NCBI GenBank assembly: GCA_015065215.1
Contig: SVQT01000003.1
Location: 28,249-92,248 of the forward strand
Direction of reading: 5' to 3'
Length of the DNA: 64,000 nucleotides
Origin: Oscillospiraceae bacterium
Lineage (GTDB): Bacteria; Bacillota; Clostridia; Oscillospirales; CAG-272
Part shown: positions 48,589-59,000 of the stretch, piece by piece
How the letters are laid out: each line of letters opens with the position of its first letter
How positions within the stretch are numbered: position 1 is the first letter of the stretch
Notes under the pieces: model-generated
Databases searched by the model: none
What the model was told of the DNA's origin: nothing
Seen by the model: the letters and a program-made list of their open reading frames with translations, nothing else
Made by a program: the position numbers and the translations under genes

Positions 48589-49656
48589 TTAGATAGGAAT
48601 GGCCACCAGATCAATGTCCCAGGCGGGCACACTGCGCTCTCGGGTAAGATAAAAACGGTAATCGGGGCAAATGGTCCGCAAGAGTAGCGGAATTTCGAAA
48701 AGATCGGCGCTACGGTGGTAAAGGGCGACGCGCAAGATGGGATGATGGCGGCGTATGGTCTCCACTGAGCCTTGTAGCGCTTTTTGCTCAGCGCCCTCGA
48801 TGTCATATTTGATATAGTCCACAGGGCGAGCGCGCAAAAGACTGTCAGGGGTGGCGGTTGGCACCGTGACACGGCTTTTGCCGGTGCAAAGTCCCGCGTT
48901 GCGGTTGCCGGTATCATCAAAAGCCGCCTCGCCCACTTTGTCGCAAACTGCCACCTGATGACATTCGACCTCGCAATCCGTTACCGTCTCCTGCCAGGCT
49001 GAGAGCTTTTTAAAATTGCGCCGGTCAGGTTCCGCGGCAAGAAGAAAGTCCAACGCGAAGCGTTGCATGGCCTCTCTCGCGCTATCTCCGGTATAGGCGC
49101 CGAAATCGGCAATTTTTCGTACCGTTTTGTGGGATTTTTGTAAGATCTCCCACGCGCTTTCCTCACTGACCGCCCAGAGCAGGTCGGAAAGCGAGCCGGA
49201 AAGCCGAAATTTTATGATGCGATCGAATAGCTCTTTGGAAAGATCATCGGCAAAAAGGTTTCGGGCGGCGTTGATCTCTTTTGAATGCTGCTTGAAGAAA
49301 TTGCTATCAAACAAAGGGCCGCCGCATACAGGCATATCGGGCACCAGCAGCTCGAACTGCTCCGCCACTTGGCAGATCAGCGCTAAAACCTCTGGGCGCG
49401 CTGTGCCAAAAGCCAACAGAATGACGCAATCGGTGGGGGCATATTTTTCTTTGACCTCAGAAAAGGACATCACGCGCATGCCGTGAAATATTTGCCCCCG
49501 CACAAAGCCGTCGCTGGCAAAAACGCCTACGACGGAAATGCCTCTGGCACAAAGCTCGGCTATGATCTTGTCCGCACCATTTCCCATACCGTATAGCAGG
49601 ATAGCACGTTTTTCTGTGGCCAAACGCTGAAAAAGATCCGGTGTAGTATTTATCAT
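48589..49656 (-). CDS. FkbM-family SAM-dependent methyltransferase
   Basis: LYGMGNGADK, DFGAYTGDS, AEPD, IKYDIEGAE, ALYHR motifs. Confidence 0.9.
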   Translation of the reverse strand: MINTTPDLFQRLATEKRAILLYGMGNGADKIIAELCARGISVVGVFASDGFVRGQIFHGMRVMSFSEVKEKYAPTDCVILLAFGTARPEVLALICQVAEQFELLVPDMPVCGGPLFDSNFFKQHSKEINAARNLFADDLSKELFDRIIKFRLSGSLSDLLWAVSEESAWEILQKSHKTVRKIADFGAYTGDSAREAMQRFALDFLLAAEPDRRNFKKLSAWQETVTDCEVECHQVAVCDKVGEAAFDDTGNRNAGLCTGKSRVTVPTATPDSLLRARPVDYIKYDIEGAEQKALQGSVETIRRHHPILRVALYHRSADLFEIPLLLRTICPDYRFYLTRERSVPAWDIDLVAIPI

Positions 49657-49710
49657 AGTTCCTCCGTTAAAAATGGTGCCGTCCAAGGACAGCACCATTT
49701 ATTTTGGCAG

Positions 49711-50049
49711 TTAGCCCATTTGCTCAGAGAGTTTTTTGCCACCGAGAATATGGAAATGCAGATGCTTTACCGATTGGCAAGCGTCCTCGCCGCAGTTGGT
49801 AAGCACACGGTAACCGTTCGCAAGACCTTCTTGCTTGGCAATTGCCGGGATGGCCTCAAAGATCTTTGCTATCATAGCGCTGTTCTCGGCGGTAATGCCG
49901 TCAGCTGAAGCGATGTGTTGCTTGGGAATGACCAGCACGTGAACCGGCGCTTGGGGCGCAATGTCACGGAAGGCATAGATCCATTCGTTTTCGTACACCT
50001 TGGCACAGGGAATATCACCTGCTAAAATTTTACAGAAAAGGCAGTCCAT
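49711..50049 (-). CDS. hinT: HIT-family (HinT) nucleotide-binding protein
   Basis: DCLFCKI, DIAPQAPVHVLVIP, QSVKHLHFHILGG motifs. Confidence 0.95.
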   Translation of the reverse strand: MDCLFCKILAGDIPCAKVYENEWIYAFRDIAPQAPVHVLVIPKQHIASADGITAENSAMIAKIFEAIPAIAKQEGLANGYRVLTNCGEDACQSVKHLHFHILGGKKLSEQMG

Positions 50050-50062
50050 CAAAGCGACCTCC

Positions 50063-51388
50063 TTATTTTACAAATTCCTTAAAAATCGCGGAGAGTGCGG
50101 TTTCGTAAGCATCCTCGTCTACACCCAAAATAATGTTCAGCTCGCTGGAGCCCTGGTCGATCATACGGATGTTGACGCCTGCAGCAGAAACAGCGTTAAA
50201 GACACGGGCAGCGGTGCCTTTGGCCTTAACCATACCGCGGCCTACCACGGCAATGAGGCAAAGACCGTCAAGTATCTCCACATGATCGGCGCGGACCAGG
50301 CGACTGATCGAGTTGATGATCCGCTCGCGGCGGCCCTCAAGCGCTTGCGTGGCCACCACAATGCTCATGGTGTCGATGCCGGAGGGGAGATGCTCAAAGG
50401 AGATCTCATGATCTTCCAGTATTTCCAGCACGCGGCGGCCAAAGCCAACCTCCGCGTTCATCATGTCTTTTTCGATATGGATAACCGAAAAGCCCTTTTT
50501 GCCGGCAACGCCGGTGATGATCCGCTTGGCGTCATAGCCGGTGGCTGCCGAAACGATCATGGTGCCCGCATCCTCAGGAGCGTTGGTGTTGCGGATGTTG
50601 ATCGGAATATTGGCGTAACGTACGGGGAAGATCGCCTCGTCGTGCAACACGGTAGCACCCATGTAAGAAAGCTCGCGTAGCTCACGGTAGGTAATGGTCT
50701 CGATGGGAGGGGGATTATCTATGACACGGGGATCTGCCATCAAAAAGCCGGAAACGTCGGTCCAGTTTTCATAAAGGTCGGCGTCGGCCGCGCGGGCGAC
50801 AATAGAGCCGGTTATATCAGAGCCGCCGCGAGAGAAGGTCTTGATGGTGCCATTGGGCATCGAGCCGTAGAAGCCGGGGATAACGGCGTACTCATGCTTT
50901 TTCAGTTCCTCGGCGAGTACCGCGTTGGTGCGTTCCTCGTCAAAGGTGCCGTTTTCGCGGAAAAAGATCACGCTTTCGGCGTCAATGAAGGAAAAGCCCA
51001 GATATTTGGCAAGGATCAGGCTGTTGAGGTATTCACCGCGGGAGGCGGCATAGTCACGGCCGGAGGCATGAGAAAGCGCGTTTCGAACATAGGACAGCTC
51101 ACCGGAAATATCAAAATTGATGCCAAGATCGGCAATAATCCCGTTGTAGCGGTTACAAATGTTCTCATAATAGGCGTCAATGGTGGCAGCGTCCTCATGT
51201 GCGCGGATCATCTCGTAGCAGCGATACAGCATATCGGTGACCTTGATGTCGTCCTTAAAGCGTTTGCCCGGCGCGGATGCCACAACATAGCGGCGGGAGG
51301 GGTCGGCATGAATGATTTCTGCGACCTTTTGGAATTGCTCGGCATCGGCAAGAGAGCTGCCGCCGAATTTTACAACCTTTGTCAACAT
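50063..51388 (-). CDS. lysC: Aspartate kinase
   Basis: KFGGSS, FSRGGSDITG, WTDVSG, ELSYMGA motifs. Two ACT domains. Confidence 0.93.
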   Translation of the reverse strand: MLTKVVKFGGSSLADAEQFQKVAEIIHADPSRRYVVASAPGKRFKDDIKVTDMLYRCYEMIRAHEDAATIDAYYENICNRYNGIIADLGINFDISGELSYVRNALSHASGRDYAASRGEYLNSLILAKYLGFSFIDAESVIFFRENGTFDEERTNAVLAEELKKHEYAVIPGFYGSMPNGTIKTFSRGGSDITGSIVARAADADLYENWTDVSGFLMADPRVIDNPPPIETITYRELRELSYMGATVLHDEAIFPVRYANIPINIRNTNAPEDAGTMIVSAATGYDAKRIITGVAGKKGFSVIHIEKDMMNAEVGFGRRVLEILEDHEISFEHLPSGIDTMSIVVATQALEGRRERIINSISRLVRADHVEILDGLCLIAVVGRGMVKAKGTAARVFNAVSAAGVNIRMIDQGSSELNIILGVDEDAYETALSAIFKEFVK

Positions 51389-51490
51389 GGTTTCGGTTAC
51401 TCCTTGATAAAATAATACATTTACTATTATATGATTCTATAGGCTTGTCTGTCAAGAGGGAATCGCCCTTTTTTGTCAGGTTTTGACCAT

Positions 51491-52501
51491 TTACAGCGAG
51501 AGATCAGCTGTTTTGTATGCCTTGGAGTAGGCGCGGCGGCCGGTTGCGTCCTTTAGCTCGAAGCGGAAGTAGTCACCGTAGATATTGGGATTGTAGGGAA
51601 AGCGCGCCTGTGTGACAAGATTTTTCTCGTCCACCTTGCATTGGCATCCTCTGCCCTTTGAGAGCAGAACTATGCTCACGACCGGGGAGGTTTTGATTAC
51701 GATTTCACTGTTTTCTATGTAGAGCTCAAGGAATTCCGGTCCCTCGGTGGCGTAGCAATCGCCCCTTTTGTAAGCGTCGATCAAGGCTTTGTAGCTTAGC
51801 TGGGGGGCCTTGACCATCGTCCAGGCATGACCGCAATCCCAATCCCTGTGATTGTCGTCCCCGCCATTGGGGATCACGTCAAGCCCCGCGCGGAGCATCT
51901 GTTCATAGTGCAGGGAGGTGTTGTCGTTGAGAAAGCGGCATCCGCCGTTGATGACCTCGATGGCGTGTAGGCCCCGCAGGCCCAGATAATCCTTGGCGGT
52001 TTGCAGCGACCATTGCGGATGATTGTAGGTTACCAGAAAGCCGCTCTTTCGCAAGGCGTCGATATAATCGTTTAACCATGCCACATCGTATTGGGTGGTC
52101 TCGATTGTATCTGCTTGGTCATAGACAGCCCATTCTTTTGCCCACTCACGGGCATTGCCGGGCATTGAGGGGTTGCTTGCGAAGTAGCGGGGCATTCGTA
52201 CCGTGTCCTGATCCTCGGCAATCAAGTTCAGATGATACACAGGCATGAAAAAGGCGGTTCCCTTGGTGAGATCCTGCTTGATGGCTACCTCGTAGCCGTG
52301 CAGTGCCACAAAATCCTTGTCACAAAGCTCCCGGTGGGGAATCAGCACCTCATGGTCGGTATAACAAACCGCATGGTAGCCCAGCGATTTGTATTTTTCC
52401 TTGATTTCCGCGGGGGTCATCGTACCGTCTGAAATGTTGGTGTGACAATGGAAATTGACCTTGTAGAAATTGCCGGTTTCAGGGAGAAGAAAGGTTTTCA
52501 T
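51491..52501 (-). CDS. PHP-domain metallohydrolase
   Basis: NFHCHTNISDG, YTDH, YHLN, YNHP, GDDNH motifs. Confidence 0.85.
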   Translation of the reverse strand: MKTFLLPETGNFYKVNFHCHTNISDGTMTPAEIKEKYKSLGYHAVCYTDHEVLIPHRELCDKDFVALHGYEVAIKQDLTKGTAFFMPVYHLNLIAEDQDTVRMPRYFASNPSMPGNAREWAKEWAVYDQADTIETTQYDVAWLNDYIDALRKSGFLVTYNHPQWSLQTAKDYLGLRGLHAIEVINGGCRFLNDNTSLHYEQMLRAGLDVIPNGGDDNHRDWDCGHAWTMVKAPQLSYKALIDAYKRGDCYATEGPEFLELYIENSEIVIKTSPVVSIVLLSKGRGCQCKVDEKNLVTQARFPYNPNIYGDYFRFELKDATGRRAYSKAYKTADLSL

Positions 52502-54447
52502 TTTTGAGGTGACTCCGTTTCATCCTTTTTTTGTTTTTGCTCTTCCAGATAACGCTCGGCTTGGGTACGGAAGAGCAGGGCATATTTGCCGTTTTTGTCT
52601 ATCAATTCCCGGTGAGTGCCTTCCTCGATCACACGTCCGTACTCCAGCACCACGATCTTGCTTGCCACTGTAGCTGAGGACAGGCGGTGTGACACGAAAA
52701 TGGTTGTCTTATCTTTGCGCAATTCATCAAAGCGACGGAAAATTTCCTGCTCGGCCAAGGGATCGAGCGAGGCGGTGGGCTCGTCTAAAATGAGAATATC
52801 CGCATCGCTGTAAAAGGCACGGGCCACAGAGAGCTTTTGCCATTGACCGCCGGATAATTCGATGCCGTTTCGGTCAAAATACCGCATGAGCTGGGTATCG
52901 TAGCTTTGTGGCAGTTCCTCGGCAACCTTGTCCGCTCCCGCCTGCTTGGCGGCGTGTACGACATTCTCGACCGAGCCCTCTCGTCTGAGATCACCAAAGC
53001 GGATGTTATCGGCAAAGCTGACCGCGTATTTGCCAAAATCCTGAAAAACCAGGCCAAATAAACGGTAAAGCTCTTTTACGTCATAGTCGCGCAAATCCTT
53101 ACCGTCAAGCAGGATCTCACCCTCGGTGGGGTCGTAGAGACGGGTGAGTAATTTGATCAGAGTCGTTTTCCCAGCACCGTTGAGGCCTACAAGCGCCACT
53201 GTTTCACCGGGGCGCAGGGTCAGATTGATGTCCTTCAATACGGCGCGGTCAGAGCCGGGATAGGCAAAGGAAACATGCCGCAGCTCCAGCGTATGGGCGG
53301 TGCCGCGCTTTGGGGAGTATGGCGTCTCGATCCGGGGGATGATCTGGGGCTTTTCTTTCATAAAGGAAAGGAGATTGTCAATGAAAAGGGTACCCTCGTA
53401 AATCGAGGCCGAGGTGGTGATCAGCGTGTTGACGCCGGTGGCGATAGAGGTCAGCGCGCCGGTGTAGAGTGAATAGTCGCCGATGCGGTAATCACCAAGA
53501 AAGACACCGTAAGCGATATAGGCGAAGAAAAAGCAATTCACCACGGCAGAAATAATAGCAAAGATTACCTGCCAGATGTTTTCCTTGATGATCAGGCTCT
53601 TTAAGCCCTTGTAATAGCGGGTAAAAACGGTATCGTAACGTTGCGTTAGCTCATCACCAAGATCATAGATGCGAATTTCTTTCGCAAGGTCCTTGTTTAC
53701 CGATAGCTCAGAGAAATAATTCATCTGTCGCCTGTCAGAAGAACGGCGGCGCATATAGGAAAAAGTCCGCTTACGGTATATGAAATTCACAATAGTGGCG
53801 GGTATGGCGGTCAGGATAATGGCAACCGTGGCAAGGGGCAGCGGCTGTGCTAAAATAACAATATAGCCCACCAGAGAGATCACCGCGCTGATGACCTCAA
53901 ATGTGGAATTCAGAATACTGATCGGGCGGTTGCCCGCTTCACGGTTCGCGTTTTCCAGCTTCTCATAAAAAGCGGGCAGATCGAAAGAGGAAAGATCCAG
54001 CGACTGCGCCTTTTTCATAATCCGTATGCGCACATGCCGCACCACGCGCTCACCCGCGATGCGATTGATGGCGTGCGAGAGACGGCTGACCACTTTGTTC
54101 AGAATACGGTAGACGAAAAGCCAGATGAGTAAAAAGAGGACCATTGATCCCATAAAGGTAGGCAGGTCATAGGTCCTGCCATCGTTTTGCTGTAGGATGA
54201 CTTCTTGCAGACTGTTGAGAATACCTTGAGAGAGCAGTGCGCCGACTAGCGGCATGAGGCCATTGAAAAGAGCGACGAAGGACATGAGAAAGAGAAAGAT
54301 GGGGCCGCTTTCCCAAACCAATTTGAAAATATAGAACAGGCGGCTGAAAAATCCGCCGAGCAGCTGGCGCAGATAACGGAAAAGATCTTTGGGCGATTTG
54401 GGGGGAGGCACCTTATCATACTGATAAGAGGGGGGCGGTCCGTTCAT
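52498..54447 (-). CDS. ABC exporter, fused TMD + NBD
   Basis: About 6 TM segments, GLNGAGKTT, LSGGQWQK, LDEPTA, SHRL motifs. Confidence 0.92.
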   Translation of the reverse strand: MNGPPPSYQYDKVPPPKSPKDLFRYLRQLLGGFFSRLFYIFKLVWESGPIFLFLMSFVALFNGLMPLVGALLSQGILNSLQEVILQQNDGRTYDLPTFMGSMVLFLLIWLFVYRILNKVVSRLSHAINRIAGERVVRHVRIRIMKKAQSLDLSSFDLPAFYEKLENANREAGNRPISILNSTFEVISAVISLVGYIVILAQPLPLATVAIILTAIPATIVNFIYRKRTFSYMRRRSSDRRQMNYFSELSVNKDLAKEIRIYDLGDELTQRYDTVFTRYYKGLKSLIIKENIWQVIFAIISAVVNCFFFAYIAYGVFLGDYRIGDYSLYTGALTSIATGVNTLITTSASIYEGTLFIDNLLSFMKEKPQIIPRIETPYSPKRGTAHTLELRHVSFAYPGSDRAVLKDINLTLRPGETVALVGLNGAGKTTLIKLLTRLYDPTEGEILLDGKDLRDYDVKELYRLFGLVFQDFGKYAVSFADNIRFGDLRREGSVENVVHAAKQAGADKVAEELPQSYDTQLMRYFDRNGIELSGGQWQKLSVARAFYSDADILILDEPTASLDPLAEQEIFRRFDELRKDKTTIFVSHRLSSATVASKIVVLEYGRVIEEGTHRELIDKNGKYALLFRTQAERYLEEQKQKKDETESPQK

Positions 54448-54605
54448 TGTATCCCTTCTTTCTGTAAAAGTGTCTATCCAGAGCTTGTCAAACCAATTAT
54501 AACACAAATTCATATAACTGGCAAGAAAAATTTTTTGCTATTCTCTTGATTTATAAAGATAAAAATGATAAAATAAAAATAATCTTTTGAGAGTGAGGGA
54601 TGGGT

Positions 54606-55865
54606 ATGTCCGCATATTTTTTGCCGGCAGATATTTTGTTGCCGGATTTTGATAAGGTGGATGGTAAAGCGTGGTCTGTGGTTGCTTGCGATCAGTATAC
54701 CAGTGAGCCTGAATACTGGGCGTCAGTAGAAGAGCAGGTGGGAGAGAAGCCGTCCACGCTGCGCCTGATCCTGCCTGAAGTGTATTTGAGCGAGACAGAA
54801 AACCGTGTATCCGGCATTTATGCCAATATGGAGGACTATCTCAAAAATGTTTTGGTGCGTCATCAAAATAAGATGGTGTATCTCGAGCGAACGCAGTCGA
54901 ATGGCCTTGTGCGCCGCGGCTTGATTGGCATGATTGATTTGGAGCATTACGATTATAACAAAGGATCTCAATCCTTGATCCGCGCCACCGAGGGTACCGT
55001 TCTGGACCGTATTCCTCCTCGCCTTAAAGTGCGTCGGGATGCCGCCCTGGAGCTTCCTCATGTGATGCTGCTCATTGATGATCCGGGCAAGACTGTGATC
55101 GAGCCTCTTGCTGCCCGTGCCGAGACCTTGCCCCTTGCCTATTCCTACAGCCTCATGGAAAAAGGCGGAAAGGTCACAGGCCGCTTTGTGGATAGCGTTG
55201 GTATTGGCCGCATAGCCGCTGCACTGAACCGTCTTATTGCTCCCGAGCAGGTGAAGGCCCGTTATGGAGAGGGAATTGCCCCATTGCTGTTTGCCGTGGG
55301 TGACGGCAACCACTCGCTTGCTACCGCTAAGGCCGCTTATGAGGAGATCAAGGCAAAGCACGGTGCTGCCGCGGCGCTCTATCACCCCGCCCGTTACGCG
55401 TTGGTCGAGGTGGTGAACCTGCACGATCCGGCACTGCATTTCGAACCGATCTACCGTGTTATGTTTAACGTGGAGCCTGATGACGTATTGGCTGAACTGG
55501 AGCAATATTCTTTTGAACTGCACGGTAACGCCGCCCCACAACAGGCACGCTTTCTCTCTGCCGAACGGCGCGGGACCATTCATTTTGGCGCCCCTGCTGA
55601 GCAATTGGTGGTGGGCACACTACAGACCTTTATCGACCGTTATCTTGCCAAGCATCCTGAGGCCAGTGTAGACTATATTCATGGCACCAAGAGTGTGGAA
55701 GCGCTTGCCACCAGGGAAAAGGCAGTGGGCTTTCTTTTCTCGGGCATGGAAAAAGGTCAGCTCTTTGGGGCGGTGATGCATGATGGCGCCTTGCCCCGTA
55801 AAACCTTCTCGATGGGTGCCGCGGCTGATAAGCGGTACTATACTGAGTGCCGTCGCATCAAGTAA
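54606..55865 (+). CDS. DUF1015 family protein
   Basis: WSVVACDQYTS, IRATEGTV..RIPPR, AVGDGNHSLA, LPRKTFSMG motifs. The start could also be 54600. Confidence 0.88.
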   Translation: MSAYFLPADILLPDFDKVDGKAWSVVACDQYTSEPEYWASVEEQVGEKPSTLRLILPEVYLSETENRVSGIYANMEDYLKNVLVRHQNKMVYLERTQSNGLVRRGLIGMIDLEHYDYNKGSQSLIRATEGTVLDRIPPRLKVRRDAALELPHVMLLIDDPGKTVIEPLAARAETLPLAYSYSLMEKGGKVTGRFVDSVGIGRIAAALNRLIAPEQVKARYGEGIAPLLFAVGDGNHSLATAKAAYEEIKAKHGAAAALYHPARYALVEVVNLHDPALHFEPIYRVMFNVEPDDVLAELEQYSFELHGNAAPQQARFLSAERRGTIHFGAPAEQLVVGTLQTFIDRYLAKHPEASVDYIHGTKSVEALATREKAVGFLFSGMEKGQLFGAVMHDGALPRKTFSMGAAADKRYYTECRRIK

Positions 55866-55884
55866 AAAGCGCGAAACGGTATCG

Positions 55885-55925
55885 AAAAAACGCTCGCAGA
55901 CGAGATTGTCTGCGAGCGTTTTTTT
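55885..55925. terminator. Bidirectional terminator
   Basis: AAAAAACGCTCGCAGAC...GTCTGCGAGCGTTTTTTT. Confidence 0.8.
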
Positions 55926-55927
55926 GT

Positions 55928-56911
55928 TTATTTTTCGATAAAAATATTTTTGATTTGTTCTATTTGCTCCGATGTCAGACCGGCGGCAAGCATAAAATGG
56001 CGACAGGCGACCTCTACCGTGTCGCCCAAGGTCATAAGCTGTGCGAGAAAGGCGGAGAACTGATCCGAGTGGCGAGAGCGTTGCCCCCATTTGCAAAAGG
56101 AAGAAAATTCATAGTCAAGAAAGAGCTGATCCTCGTGCACACCCAGCATGCCGCCTAAGATAAAGAGCCAGCAACCGGTGCGGTCGATGCCGCCCCAGCA
56201 ATGAACAATCATCGGAAAGCGCGTGGCATCGGTCAAAAGAGCATACGCCTTGCCATAGGCAGCCATATAAGCCTTGTCGGTAAAGATTTTTTCGTATGCA
56301 ACCAACGGGATGTTGACCCATTCTGTCAGCGAAGACTCCAGGTTGGGGGCTCTGTATTCGTCGTGACAACCGCGGATGTCCAGATCAGTGCGGATGTGCA
56401 GTGCTTTTAACGCTTGCTTTCCCGTCTGTGTGATGTTGACGTGAGTGTCCATTTCCGAGGAGCGGTAAAGCAGGCCTTGTCTGATTTTTTTGCCGTCTTT
56501 AGTAGTAAAACCGCCGAAGTCGCGTACATTGGTGATCCCTTCGATATTTAGCAAGCGGGGGGCAATATCCGCGGTGTGAAAGCATGCGCGCGCGGAGCGG
56601 TCGTCTCCGGCTTCTACCTGCCAGTAATAGGTGGTGCCGATTTGCAGATTGAAAACATCAACCGCCCCGCCCACAGCCGGATGACGGGTGACATCACCGT
56701 TTGGATGATAGAGCAATACGGTCGCGTCTATAGCGGGGGAGAAGCGGAAGCGGACCGGATTCGGGGAGGAGAGGTCCTGCTGTGTTTCCTTCAGGCGTAG
56801 CCAATCCACATCAGCGACCGCGGTATTTTTGGGCTCCCGGATGTAGTCCAAATGCTCCGGCTTTTGCAAGGTGATGGTTTCGTTTTCGCTGGGCGACAGC
56901 AATTGTAGCAT
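55928..56911 (-). CDS. Tyrosine-protein-phosphatase-like (IphP/Y_phosphatase3) enzyme with N-terminal beta-rich domain
   Basis: NVRDFGG, LYRSS, DLDIR, and P-loop HCWGGIDRTG. Confidence 0.88.
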   Translation of the reverse strand: MLQLLSPSENETITLQKPEHLDYIREPKNTAVADVDWLRLKETQQDLSSPNPVRFRFSPAIDATVLLYHPNGDVTRHPAVGGAVDVFNLQIGTTYYWQVEAGDDRSARACFHTADIAPRLLNIEGITNVRDFGGFTTKDGKKIRQGLLYRSSEMDTHVNITQTGKQALKALHIRTDLDIRGCHDEYRAPNLESSLTEWVNIPLVAYEKIFTDKAYMAAYGKAYALLTDATRFPMIVHCWGGIDRTGCWLFILGGMLGVHEDQLFLDYEFSSFCKWGQRSRHSDQFSAFLAQLMTLGDTVEVACRHFMLAAGLTSEQIEQIKNIFIEK

Positions 56912-56925
56912 GGCAGGAACCTCTG

Positions 56926-57852
56926 TTAGAGAAAGATAAAACCAAGGATTGACAGCAGAATGCAGAGAACCACGGGGGGATCCTTTAGCGCATCCAGAAT
57001 GGTATAAAACTGTACATTGCGGGGCACGTCTCGCTGGGGATTGCTTTGTCCGTTTCGTTCGCGCCGACGGTAGAGCATGGCCGCGAAGCGCAAAAAGAGT
57101 ATCAGGGAAAGGAGCAGCAGAAGAATGAGCAAAAAGAGAAAAAGCTCTACGCTGCCGGTAAAGTGGTAGAAGGCGTTGAGATAGCGCTGCCCAAATAGCG
57201 AAGCGATGTTATAAAAAATATGCAACAGCATGGTGCAAAACAGGGAATCGGTGGCAAACAGCACCAATGCGAACAGCACTCCGGAGAACAGATAGACCAA
57301 CAGATTGCGCAAATCAAAGTGACAAAGGGCAAATAGCAAAGCGCTCATCAATACGCCTCTCATGGCGCCACGGCGCTCATATTCCGCGGTCACGATGCCA
57401 CGGAAAAGCAGTTCCTCCAATATAGCGGGGCAAATGGCCAGTATAAAGGTGAGCAGAACACCTTGCATGGGGTCAGAAATCCGCACAGCTTCATACTGCA
57501 CCGAGCTGTTGCCAAGCGTTTCTATGCCGCCGCAAAGGATAGAGAGCAAAATACATCCGGAAAGTAGCGAAACAAAGGCGGAGAGCAACAAAGGAATATG
57601 GATGGCATGCGGGGCGCGCAGGCGCAGGACACGGCTATAGCCCTGCCCCCGCAGCAGTAAAAATACGATGGTTGGGATCAAAAATACAACCGGAATAGCG
57701 ATGAGCTTTGCCCAGATGCTGTCCAGCGAAAAACCGGTATAACGATCCAGAATACGAAAAAGAAAGAGCAGGGAGAACACCGTTAGCAGGGGGAAACCCA
57801 CCCACAAGCGCTCTTTGCGATATTTGGGGCGCTCCGGGATAAACTTATGCAT
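56926..57852 (-). CDS. CPBP (CAAX/Abi) intramembrane metalloprotease
   Basis: EELLFRG, FALCH, HIFYN motifs. Multi-TM. Confidence 0.9.
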   Translation of the reverse strand: MHKFIPERPKYRKERLWVGFPLLTVFSLLFLFRILDRYTGFSLDSIWAKLIAIPVVFLIPTIVFLLLRGQGYSRVLRLRAPHAIHIPLLLSAFVSLLSGCILLSILCGGIETLGNSSVQYEAVRISDPMQGVLLTFILAICPAILEELLFRGIVTAEYERRGAMRGVLMSALLFALCHFDLRNLLVYLFSGVLFALVLFATDSLFCTMLLHIFYNIASLFGQRYLNAFYHFTGSVELFLFLLILLLLLSLILFLRFAAMLYRRRERNGQSNPQRDVPRNVQFYTILDALKDPPVVLCILLSILGFIFL

Positions 57853-58414
57853 TTGGCGGCAATTCTCCTTTCTCGGTGACAATCCAGTTCACACGGCGGT
57901 CGGTTTTTTCTGTAGGCAGGGTTGGAAAAAGCAGACATTCGTAAATGGGAAACAGACAAACGCCCGCAAACGTGACAAGAAAACGGTCATAAAAGCCACC
58001 GCCATAGCCAAGACGGGTTCCGTCCCGTCCGGCGGCAAGGCCGGGCAATAAGCAAAGGGTCAAGTCGCTTGCTCTAGCCAAAGGCGTATCGGCCGATGGC
58101 GCGGGAATACCGAAACGGTCAGGGCGCAGATCTTGTAGCGCGTTGACGGTGTGAAAGGTCATTTCTGTTCCGGCGCAACGGGGGTATGCCACCAAAATGT
58201 TTTTTTCTTTGGCAACGGTAAAAAGCGGGGAGAGATCAGGCTCGCCCCGCACTGGCGAAAAGGTTAAAACGAGGTCCGCCTGTAAAAAAGCGGGATGGCT
58301 GGCAATCGTTTGGCAGAGTGCGGCGTCCGCCGCTTGCTTTTCCTCAGGGGAAAGGGCTAAGCGGCGGGCAAGGCATTCTTTACGTAGCCGCTTTTTTTGC
58401 TCGATGGGGGTCAT
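57845..58414 (-). CDS. 5-formyltetrahydrofolate cyclo-ligase
   Basis: KKRLRK, FGIPAP, PGLA, RLGYGGGFYDRFL motifs. Confidence 0.93.
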   Translation of the reverse strand: MTPIEQKKRLRKECLARRLALSPEEKQAADAALCQTIASHPAFLQADLVLTFSPVRGEPDLSPLFTVAKEKNILVAYPRCAGTEMTFHTVNALQDLRPDRFGIPAPSADTPLARASDLTLCLLPGLAAGRDGTRLGYGGGFYDRFLVTFAGVCLFPIYECLLFPTLPTEKTDRRVNWIVTEKGELPPNA

Positions 58415-58959
58415 TGCGTTTCATCGGCAAGGATGGCGTGACGCAGCTCTGCCGCCACCTGCTCGCCTTTCAGCAGCTTGACTAATGTCAGGCCGAATTC
58501 CAGCGCGACACCCATACCGGCAGCGGTAATGATGTTGCCGTCAACAACCACTTTTTTATCTGAAAGCTTGGCGCCTGCCAATTCTTTCTCAAAGCCAGGG
58601 TAGCAGATCGCCTCTTTGCCTTCCAAAAGGCCTCTGCGGCCCAATACCATAGGTGCCGCGCAGATGGCGGCAAGATACGCGCCGCGGCGCGCGGCGGCCT
58701 TCAATGCCATATCCACAACGCGGCTTTCATCCAGATTTTTCGAGCCGGGCATACCGCCGGGGAGAATGATCATGTCGGGATTGGCATCCGCGAACATTCC
58801 CTCGGGCATATCGGCGTGCACCACAATACCGTGAGAGCCGCAAACGGTGTCACCGCCGATACCAACGGTTGTGACTTCAAGACCGGCACGGCGCAGAAGA
58901 TCCAGTGGGCAAAGCGCCTCGATTTCTTCAAAGCCATTGGCCAAAAACATATAGATCAT
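58411..58959 (-). CDS. DJ-1/ThiJ (YajL-like) glyoxalase III family protein
   Basis: GFEEIEA, LPGGMPG, AAICAAP motifs. Confidence 0.93.
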   Translation of the reverse strand: MIYMFLANGFEEIEALCPLDLLRRAGLEVTTVGIGGDTVCGSHGIVVHADMPEGMFADANPDMIILPGGMPGSKNLDESRVVDMALKAAARRGAYLAAICAAPMVLGRRGLLEGKEAICYPGFEKELAGAKLSDKKVVVDGNIITAAGMGVALEFGLTLVKLLKGEQVAAELRHAILADETQ

Positions 58960-59000
58960 AACAACAGTCTCCTTGTGTTTTTGAAATGCTACGCAAGGGG

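Noticed and set aside
51389-51490. Lysine riboswitch upstream of aspartokinase
   Set aside because: A TTGACA-N17-CATAAT promoter lies only about 40 nt before the start, leaving no room for the aptamer.
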